This document shows, one piece after another, positions 50,330 to 59,600 of a stretch of 64,000 nucleotides of DNA (the stretch's first letter is position 1; each line of letters begins with the position of its first letter). Both the position numbers and the translations under genes were made by a program. The notes below the pieces were generated by a model. It had not been told where the DNA came from, made no database searches, and saw only the letters and a list, made by a program, of their open reading frames with translations. Source of the stretch: a virus; the IMG/VR virus record IMGVR_UViG_3300027708_000021; one strand, 5' to 3'.

Positions 50330-53188
50330 ATGCGACATGTAATTATAGAAAACTACACATTTACCCCAAGTTCCAATCAGGTATTTGTAAACGGAAAAAA
50401 TCTCCGCCCCGAACAACTATTGCTAATCACAGATGTGACAGCAGGCGTAGTACTTTATAATTTTAGCGATCCTAGTCTAGGATATACAAATATTAATAAT
50501 CAGGTATCTAATGTAAGTGGATTAGAAACTACTACTGTTACTTTAGCATATAACTGCTCAGGCCTCAGCTCAACTGATAAAATCTCTATCCTGTACGAAG
50601 AATCTTACGATTTAATCACCCCAAATGAAACCATGCGCGATCCTGTGGATAAATTGCGTGTATCAAACCCACAGGGTTTGATTGACACTGACTTTGAATA
50701 TGGTACACAGCCAGGTAAATGGGAAAATCTTTGTTTATTAAATAATCGTCCTAGTATGTTCTATAACATACAAAATCCTATTAGCAATACAGCAACTAAC
50801 CTAAGCTTCTGGGCTAATGGTGGTAATTCTCAAGGAAGCTCATATACATTAACCAATGTGGCAGCTAGTGGAAATACTGTAACAGTCAGTTTGAATAATA
50901 CCACAGGTATAGCCAACGGCACACCAATTTTTATCCAAGGTACGCTTGACATGGGTAATGCTGATGGTTTCTATCTAGCTAACAGCGTAGTAGCCAATAC
51001 AAGTTTTACTTATACTACAACTGGTACCCCAGCCACTACACTATTCATTCCTAATAGAACCTATCTTTTTCCAGGTTATTGGTTTAGTGGATCAGCTATT
51101 CCAGCAGGAACTAATGCTATTGTATTAAACGGAACTATAGCTACAGTTACTACAACTAACGATCATGGATTACGAGTTGGCAATGGTATATACATTACTG
51201 GCGGCTCGGGTCAGACTGGGCAAGTCAATGGTTCATGGATAGTAGCAAGCACTCCAACTAACAATACATTTACATTTGCTTGTACAGCTACAGGTACAAC
51301 TACTCTCGCGTTAAATGCTTCGATATACCCGCGTCAATTGGGTTATGTGGAAAGTCGTCCACAACTTGGTGGAATAGCATTTAGTAATCAGACAGCGGCA
51401 CATGGTTATCAGACCATTCGCGCGACTCGTCGTAATTTTAGATATCAGTCTGGTAAAGGTATTCAGTTCTCGACTGGTAGTAGTATGAAACCAATTATCT
51501 ATGTTAATAGTATAACTAGTAGTGGTACTACCTGTACAGTAAGCACATTATTCCCACATGGATTAAATCCAGGCGCCCAAGTATTAATAGCAGGTGCTAC
51601 ACAAACTGCTTATAACGGAACATTCACTGTTGTTACTGCTGCATCGCCTAGTACTTTTACATATACAGCATTGACCGCACCAAGTGCTAGTCCAGCCACA
51701 GGTTCAATAACAGCCAATCCATACAGCTGGTATGGTGCTAAAAATCGTATAGGCATGTTTACCGAACAAAATGGCATGTTCTTTGAATTCGATGGTCAAA
51801 CATTATACGCAGTTCGAAGATCAGCTTCTACTTATGCTTCTGGAACTATAGCAGTAAGTACCGGCAGTCAAACTGTAACAGGAACTAATACTTTATTCAG
51901 CAGTCAGCTAACACCAGGGCAAAGTGTTGTAATTGCTGGTCAGACTTATTTTGTACAACAGATTACTAGTAATACAACAATGTATATCTATCCTGAATAT
52001 CGCGGCGCAAACAATATTACCAGCGATTTCCTCTCACTAGTAGTTGATACAAAATATCCGCAATCACAATGGAACATTGATCCATGTAACGGGACAGGTG
52101 CTAGTTTGTTCAATTTAGATTTGACTAAAATGCAAATGTTCTACATGGACTATAGCTGGTACGGCGCCGGCGCTATCCGTTTTGGATTTAAGAATAATCG
52201 CGGCGAAGTTATCTACTGCCATCGTGTGCCAAACAACAACTTAAATCAGGTAGCATTCTTGCGTTCTGGTAACTTGCCAGGTAGATATGAAACTAATACT
52301 CAGCCACCCATAACAACGTTAGCAGCTACATTAGCTAACTCGGCTACTACCGGAGCTAGTATTTCAGTAGCCAACGTATCAGGATTCCCAAGTTCAGGAA
52401 CTGTGGTATTGACTCAAGCGGCAGCTACAGCAGCAGCTATTGAGTATATTTCATATAGTGCCGTAGTTGGAAATACATTTACTATTACCAGTCGTGCCCA
52501 AACGGGCGGCAATGGTACAGCGCAGACATTTACATATTCAGCTACTGCTCCTATTAAAGTTGAGCTATATAGTCCGCAGGCAAGTAGTACTATCAATCAC
52601 TGGGGTACTAGTGTGATTATTGACGGCGGACAATCTGACGACAATCAATATGTATTCAGTGCTGGTATGGCAACTACCTTGACCAATCAAGCGGGTAATG
52701 TGCGTAGTGCTCTACTGAGTATGCGACTAGCACCAAGTACTGATAGTGGTACTACTGGAATATTGGGTGTTAGAGAAATTATCACTCGTATGCAGGTACA
52801 GCCAGTTCAAATTGACGCTTATACAACAGGTAACACTTCCTTCCGTATTGACTTGGTATTGAACGGTGTGCCAAGTGGTGGAACATTTACTCCAGTGGGC
52901 GGATCTAGTTTGACCCAGTTGAGTCTGCATGCTGCTAACACCACTGTATTTGGCGGCGAAACTATATACAGCTTCTTTACCAGTCCAAACAGCGCGACAT
53001 CACAACCTTTGAACCAGATTAGAGATATTGGAACTAGTATATTGAGTGGTGGTACTACATACAACGTTCCAACAAACCCTACTAATTTGTATCCTGATGG
53101 ACCTGATATTTTAACTGTTTGTGCTACCCCGTTGAATGGTACAAATTCAGTTAATGCTCGTTTTAGTTGGACTGAGAACCAGTCTTAA
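50330..53188 (+). CDS. Virion structural protein with repeated beta domains, 952 aa
   Basis: Repeats like 'TVTT..DHGL..G..I.ITG....NG.W.V......TFT'; 'DYSWYGAG.IRFG' motif. Confidence 0.6.
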   Translation: MRHVIIENYTFTPSSNQVFVNGKNLRPEQLLLITDVTAGVVLYNFSDPSLGYTNINNQVSNVSGLETTTVTLAYNCSGLSSTDKISILYEESYDLITPNETMRDPVDKLRVSNPQGLIDTDFEYGTQPGKWENLCLLNNRPSMFYNIQNPISNTATNLSFWANGGNSQGSSYTLTNVAASGNTVTVSLNNTTGIANGTPIFIQGTLDMGNADGFYLANSVVANTSFTYTTTGTPATTLFIPNRTYLFPGYWFSGSAIPAGTNAIVLNGTIATVTTTNDHGLRVGNGIYITGGSGQTGQVNGSWIVASTPTNNTFTFACTATGTTTLALNASIYPRQLGYVESRPQLGGIAFSNQTAAHGYQTIRATRRNFRYQSGKGIQFSTGSSMKPIIYVNSITSSGTTCTVSTLFPHGLNPGAQVLIAGATQTAYNGTFTVVTAASPSTFTYTALTAPSASPATGSITANPYSWYGAKNRIGMFTEQNGMFFEFDGQTLYAVRRSASTYASGTIAVSTGSQTVTGTNTLFSSQLTPGQSVVIAGQTYFVQQITSNTTMYIYPEYRGANNITSDFLSLVVDTKYPQSQWNIDPCNGTGASLFNLDLTKMQMFYMDYSWYGAGAIRFGFKNNRGEVIYCHRVPNNNLNQVAFLRSGNLPGRYETNTQPPITTLAATLANSATTGASISVANVSGFPSSGTVVLTQAAATAAAIEYISYSAVVGNTFTITSRAQTGGNGTAQTFTYSATAPIKVELYSPQASSTINHWGTSVIIDGGQSDDNQYVFSAGMATTLTNQAGNVRSALLSMRLAPSTDSGTTGILGVREIITRMQVQPVQIDAYTTGNTSFRIDLVLNGVPSGGTFTPVGGSSLTQLSLHAANTTVFGGETIYSFFTSPNSATSQPLNQIRDIGTSILSGGTTYNVPTNPTNLYPDGPDILTVCATPLNGTNSVNARFSWTENQS

Positions 53189-53197
53189 TCTACTGAT

Positions 53198-53893
53198 ATG
53201 ACAGCATCTACCAATCTAGTACACATTGTAAGTACTACTCAGCCAACAGGTTTGAATTTAGGGGACGAATGGTATAATCCTACGACCAACACTCTATACA
53301 AAAATCTGTTGGTCAATGGTACTACCACACTGGTAAATCAGTTGCCGGCATCAGCCAATTCAACAAGCAATATTTCCATGCCAACAGGCACAGGAGCAGC
53401 AGCTGTTCAAGGCTTATCTACTAATATTGCCAGCGGAAATGTTACGCCTTCCACATCGGGAACCAGTATTGACTTTACTGGCATTCCTAGTTGGGTAAAA
53501 CGTATAACTATAGTGTTTAATGGAGTTTCTGAAAACTCTGCAAGTCAAAATCTTATAATACAGATAGGAAATGGCAATATTGTTACAACAGGTTATGCTT
53601 CAAGCGCGGCTTATGCTGGAGCAAGTCCGGCAGGAGCCACTAGTACTGCTGGTTTAATTGTTGCTAATACAGTGAATTCCGCCAACATCTTGTCCGGCAC
53701 AATAACACTTACAACTTTAGGTCAAAATATTTGGGTGTCTTCAGGAACCATATCTATAACAAACGGCGCTTTTGTTTTCTTAGCCGGTGGAAATTCTCCT
53801 ACTCTTACCAGTGCTTTAGATAGAGTCCGTATTACTACAGAAGGCGGCACAGCTACATTTACCGCTGGTAGAATCGGCATTCTTTACGAATAA
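53198..53893 (+). CDS. Short fibre/adhesin-like protein
   Basis: 'P.GL..GDEWYNP.T..LY' N-terminal motif; 'SIDFTGIPSWVKRITI...LDRVRITT' C-terminal domain. Confidence 0.6.
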   Translation: MTASTNLVHIVSTTQPTGLNLGDEWYNPTTNTLYKNLLVNGTTTLVNQLPASANSTSNISMPTGTGAAAVQGLSTNIASGNVTPSTSGTSIDFTGIPSWVKRITIVFNGVSENSASQNLIIQIGNGNIVTTGYASSAAYAGASPAGATSTAGLIVANTVNSANILSGTITLTTLGQNIWVSSGTISITNGAFVFLAGGNSPTLTSALDRVRITTEGGTATFTAGRIGILYE

Positions 53894-54003
53894 TCACCCG
53901 GCAGTAATCCTACATTTTCTCTAGTAAAATTCTAGCTCGAACATTGGCTATATCAAATTGTTTTGACTAAATATACTAATAATCGAGGACGCGATAAACA
54001 AAG

Positions 54004-56622
54004 ATGGCATTCCCTAGCTCACCAACAAACGGTCAACAGACCACTATAAACGGTATAACTTATCAGTATTCCAGTACTAGTAATTCGTGGACTAGAGTAA
54101 TATTACCATTTGCTAATATAGCGGCCAACGGTTATATTACTGCTACCAGTTATATCAGTGCAGCTGGCAATGTCCTTGGCAATAATATCATTGCCACTGG
54201 CAATATAGTTGGTAACTTAACTACTTCTGGCGCCGTATCTACTACGGGTAATATCTACGGTGGCAATGCGCTAATTTCTGGAAATGAATCAGTAACAGGT
54301 AATGTTATAGCCGGTAATATCTCTACAGGCACTTTCAGTGCCACTGGTAATATCACATCAAATAGTTATATTATCGGTAACGGAGCATTCTTATCCGGCA
54401 TACTTGTCAGCAGCTCAGGCAATATTTCTAGTGGTCAAAGTAATGTATCTATAAATGCTGCCAATGCCAATGTGACAGTTGGCGTAAGCACAGTGGGTAA
54501 TGTAGCAGTATTCACTCCTCTAGGATTAAATGTCACCGGCGCTATTAGTGCCAGTGGTAATGTAACAGGATTAGGATTTTTAAGTACAGGCGGTGCTGGA
54601 GTTATTTCTGGTTCTGGTAACATTATCGCAGGTAATTTCTTTTCTACTGGTAATATAAGTGTAGCAGGTAATGTAACAGGGGTGGGGCTTATATCCACAG
54701 GTGGCGCTGGTACTGTCAGTGCTAGTGGTAATGTAACTGGCGGAAATTTATTAACACCTAATAATGTTAGTGCTGGCGGTAATATAACCAGTGCAATATT
54801 TGTTACTACTGGAGCTAACGGTATAATATCTGGTGCTGGTAATATCTATGCTGGTAATATAAGTGCTACTGGCAATATCCTGGCTAATTTTGCAAGTGTC
54901 GTAGGTAACATATACGGCGCCAATATTATTGTAAATAATTTTGCTATCCTCTCAAGTTTTAGTGTTACTGGTAATATCACTGGAGGGAATCTACTTACTC
55001 CTAACAATGTTAGTGCTGGCGGCAATGTAACAAGCGCGGCTCTTGTTACCAGCGGAGCTGGTGGCATACTATCTGGTACAGGTAATATCTTTGCCGGTAA
55101 TATAAGTGCTAGTGGTAATATTTTTACCGGCACTAATTTAAGTGCTAGTGGCAATGTCTTAACAAGCGGCCTAATCAGCGCCGCTGGTAATGTTCTTGGT
55201 AATAATGTTTCGGCTAATATCTTAAATGCTACCAATTATATCAGTACCGTTGGTAATATATACGGAGCCGCTGCTACCATAGGTAATATAACCGTTACTG
55301 GAAGTTACAGCCTTACTGGTAATGTTGTTGGCGGAAATTTATTAACTAGTGGCTATGTCAGTGCTACTGGTAATGTAACGAGTTCAGCACTAATCACTAG
55401 CGGAGCTGGTGGTTTAATATCTGGTACAGGTAATATCTTTGCCGGTAATATAAGTGCTAGTGGTAATATTGTAGCCAACATTAGTTCAGCTAATACCATC
55501 AGTGCTGTCGGTAACATATTCAGTGCTAATGCAAACATAGGAAATTTATTTACAACATCGAGTTTCAGTACCGCCGGCAATCTAACAGGAAATACTATCC
55601 TTACTTCAGGTACTGCGGGCAACATTTCCGGTTCAGGTAACATCATTGCTGGTGCGTTGATTACAATCGGAACAGGTGGTATCATATCTGGTACTGGCAA
55701 CATTATTGCCGGTAATATACTTTCTACGGGTAATCTCGTCACAGCATCGGGTACAGGTGGTAATATTACTGGCGCCAATGTTATCTCTTCTAATACATTT
55801 AATGCAGTCACAGTCAGTGCTACTGGTAACGTATACGGTGCCAATGCTATTATAGGTAATATATCTATTACTGGAAATTACAGCGTTACAGGTAATGTAA
55901 CCGGTAATAATATTACTACTCTAGGTAGTGCGGGTAATATCTCCGGTTCAGGTAATATCATCGCTGGTGCTTTGATTACTACTGGCGCTGGCGGCATACT
56001 ATCTGGTACTGGTAACATCTATGCTGGCAATATAATTTCTGCGGGTAATCTCGTCACAGCATCGGGCACTGGTGGAAATATTACTGGGGCCAACGTTATC
56101 TCTGCTAATACATTTAGTGCTGTGGTAGTAAGTGCCACGGGTAATATACAAACAAGTAATTATTTCGTTGGCAATGGTTTTTACATAACAGGAGTTGGCG
56201 GACTCAATATCACTGATCAGCTAGCATCAGCTAATGTATTCTATCCGTTATTAGGCAACACTTCATCTGGTACACTAAATGCTGTTAACACTAGCAGTAC
56301 TAAATTAAACTATGTACCCAGTACCGGTACACTAAGCTCTACGGTATTTAATACTACATCTGATGCTGATAAAAAATCAAATATTGAAATTATAGCCAAC
56401 GCACTAGATATCGTTAACAATTTACGCGGGGTGACATTTGAATTCACTGACACTGGCGCACAGTCAGCTGGCTTGATAGCACAGGATGTGGAAAAATATT
56501 TGCCCCAGCTGGTAACAGCGTCAGACAACGGCAAGGCATTAAACTATAATGGAGTGATTGGCATACTGGTCGAGGCAGTGAAAACCCTGTCTGAGCAAGT
56601 CAAGAAATTGGAGGGCAAGTAA
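54004..56622 (+). CDS. Tail fibre with C-terminal peptidase S74 intramolecular chaperone
   Basis: 'TSDADKKSNI...ALD.V..LRGV.F...GLIAQDVE..LP.LV...LNYNG....LVEAVK.L'. Confidence 0.85.
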   Translation: MAFPSSPTNGQQTTINGITYQYSSTSNSWTRVILPFANIAANGYITATSYISAAGNVLGNNIIATGNIVGNLTTSGAVSTTGNIYGGNALISGNESVTGNVIAGNISTGTFSATGNITSNSYIIGNGAFLSGILVSSSGNISSGQSNVSINAANANVTVGVSTVGNVAVFTPLGLNVTGAISASGNVTGLGFLSTGGAGVISGSGNIIAGNFFSTGNISVAGNVTGVGLISTGGAGTVSASGNVTGGNLLTPNNVSAGGNITSAIFVTTGANGIISGAGNIYAGNISATGNILANFASVVGNIYGANIIVNNFAILSSFSVTGNITGGNLLTPNNVSAGGNVTSAALVTSGAGGILSGTGNIFAGNISASGNIFTGTNLSASGNVLTSGLISAAGNVLGNNVSANILNATNYISTVGNIYGAAATIGNITVTGSYSLTGNVVGGNLLTSGYVSATGNVTSSALITSGAGGLISGTGNIFAGNISASGNIVANISSANTISAVGNIFSANANIGNLFTTSSFSTAGNLTGNTILTSGTAGNISGSGNIIAGALITIGTGGIISGTGNIIAGNILSTGNLVTASGTGGNITGANVISSNTFNAVTVSATGNVYGANAIIGNISITGNYSVTGNVTGNNITTLGSAGNISGSGNIIAGALITTGAGGILSGTGNIYAGNIISAGNLVTASGTGGNITGANVISANTFSAVVVSATGNIQTSNYFVGNGFYITGVGGLNITDQLASANVFYPLLGNTSSGTLNAVNTSSTKLNYVPSTGTLSSTVFNTTSDADKKSNIEIIANALDIVNNLRGVTFEFTDTGAQSAGLIAQDVEKYLPQLVTASDNGKALNYNGVIGILVEAVKTLSEQVKKLEGK

Positions 56623-59600
56623 TGCCTTTTAATCAAGACAATTCAGATATATCTACATATTTTTCCAAGATAACGGATTATAGCGGGTGGACCAACTATT
56701 CCAGTGCCCAAGTAATTGGCAATAACAGTTATGGGCAGTTGGGTCTCAACACTAGAACTAACTATAGTAGCCCAGTGGTGGTAACACAAAGTACTAATCC
56801 CACTTGGCTAGATGCCGCGTATGTTAGATCTGGCCTTGGTCTAGCTTTAGTAAATCAAAATAATCAACCATTCTATTCTGGAGTAGCATTTTCAGATACC
56901 ACTAACAGAAGTAGTCCAGTACAAGTTAGCGCAGTAAGCAACTGGACACAAGTTGCTTGCGGATATGCTCACACCGCAGCTCTACAAAATAATGGCACAT
57001 GGTGGACTTGGGGAATAAATAGTTACGGACAACTAGGCCTTAGTAATACAACTAATAGATCAAGCCCGATTCAAGTAGGCACATTAAATAGCTGGACACA
57101 AGTCTCGTGTGGGTATATGTACACTACAGCTATAATAAGTCCTGGCATCTTATATGCCTGTGGATATAATAGCAGCGGTCAACTAGGCCTTAATACGAGT
57201 ACAACAGCCATCTCCAGTCCAGTTCAATTAGGTTTAGGACTGGCAGCTTTGTGGAATCAAGTTTCTGCTGGAGTGCAGTCCGCATTAGCTATACAAAGCA
57301 ATGGTACACTATGGTCATGGGGCAATAACAGTTATGGTCAATTAGGTCTTAGTAATATAACTCATAGAAGTAGTCCAGTACAAGTAGGCGCAATAAATTA
57401 TTGGACACAAGTTGCTGCTGGGTATTATCATGTTGCGGCCATACAAAGCCCTGGCACCTTATGGACCTGGGGACAAAATAATTTTGGTCAATTGGGTAAT
57501 AATAGTATAACTAATCAATCAAGTCCAATACAAATATCATATCCATTGCTAGGGTTAGCATCATGGCGAAGTCTTGGGTCGTTTTTCGGGTGGCATCAAT
57601 TAGGTATACAAACCAATGGCACGTTGTGGGCTTGGGGATGGAATGTCACTGGCCAGTTAGGACTTAGTAATACAACTGCTAGAAGTAGTCCAGTACAAGT
57701 TGGCACATTAAGTACCTGGACTCAGGTTGCTGGTGGTGGCCTCAATAATGGTTTTACCATAGCTATACAAACACCAGGCACACTTTGGGCATGGGGTAAT
57801 GATGGGTATGGGCAATTAGGTCTTAACACTACAACAAATTATTCTAGTCCAGTACAAGTAGGCGCACTAACTAATTGGACTCGAATTGCTGTCGGAGCAG
57901 CATATTATACTACAGTAATCCAAAGCAATGGTACACTATGGTCGTGGGGTAATAATAGTTTTGGTCAATTAGGTGTAAGTAATAGTACCCACTATTCTAG
58001 CCCAGTACAAGTAGGAGCATTGAGTGTTTGGACTCAAGTGGCATGTGGTTATAGCCATACTGTAGCTATACAAACTAATGGTACACTTTGGAGTTGGGGA
58101 GCTAATACTCGTGGACAATTAGGACTTAATACTACTACCATAAATTTATATAGTCCAGTTCAAGTGGGCGCACTAAGCACATGGACTCAAATCTCATGTG
58201 GATATTACCATACACTAGCATTACAAACACCAGGCACATTATGGGCCTGGGGACTTGGCCTAACCGGCCAATTAGGAAATAATAGTACAATAATTCAGAT
58301 TAGTCCAGTACAAATAGGCGCTCTAAGTAATTGGACTCGGGTATCTGGTGTGGCTACGGCCTCTTTCGCTATACAAACGCCAGGCACATTATGGGCATGG
58401 GGAGCAAATAGTACTGGCCAATTAGGTCTCAATACCACAGTAGGAGTGTTTAGTCCAGTACAAGTAGGATCACTAAGTAATTGGACTCAAGCAGGTGGTA
58501 TATCATTGCTCAGTGCGTGGGGTTTAGTAAGCCCGGGTGTGTTATATGAATGGGGTAATAATAGTTATGGTCAATTAGGAGCCAATACCGCAGCAACTAA
58601 TCCGGTATCAAGTCCAGTATTAATATATTCGGCTACAATTCCTGGTACTTGGAATCGTGTAGCATGTGGATATGGCCATACTGTTGCTATACAAAGCAAT
58701 GGCTCATTATGGTCGTGGGGAATAAATAATTACGGACAACTAGGCCTTGGCGATACAGTTAATAGAAGTAGTCTAATACAAATAGGATCAGCAAGTGCAT
58801 GGACCCAAGTCTCCGCTGGCGTCAATCAGATCTATGCGCTACAAAGTCCAGGAACATTATGGGCATGTGGTTACAATGGCTTTGGTCAGTTGGGTAATAA
58901 TAGTGTATTTAATGTATCAAGTCTAGTACAAGTGGGCACAATTAACTACTGGACACAAGTGGTCGGTGGCGGTGATTCTGCGTTTGGAATACAAAGTCCT
59001 GGAACATTATGGGCTTGGGGCAATAATAGTTATGGCCAATTAGGGTTTAGTGATCAAACAAATCGTTCTAGTCCAGTACAAGTAGGTCCTCTGAGTATAT
59101 GGACTCAAGTCTCTGCTGGGAATAACTTTGCTATTGCTGCACAGAGTAATGGTACGCTATGGGCGTGGGGTCTAAACAGTCAAGGCCAATTGGGTCTCAA
59201 TACCACAGTTGGTGTATCTAGCCCAGTACAGGTAGGCACGTTAAGCATATGGACTCGAGTGGCAGCTGGATTTTATTCTTCTTACAGTATCCAAACGTCA
59301 GGTACATTATACTCATACGGATTTAACTCGCTTGGAGAATTAGGACAAGGCGATACTACTAATCGTTCCAGTCCATTACAAATAGGTTCTGGACTATGGA
59401 CTCAGGTATCAGCTGGTTATCAGCATGCCGCAGCTATACAAAGTCCAGGCACATTATGGTCCTGGGGTAATGATGGGTATGGCCAATTAGGCCTTGGCAC
59501 TATAATTAATAGAAGTAGTCCAACACAAATTGGTGCGTCGAGTATATGGACTCAAGTTTCTTGTGGTCAATTAAATACTGTAGCTATACAAAGATACGGG

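Noticed and set aside
39453-56534. Minus-strand 'LPVALI/TLPV' ORFs opposite the fibre genes
   Set aside because: Antisense shadows of the GN[IV]xAT repeats.
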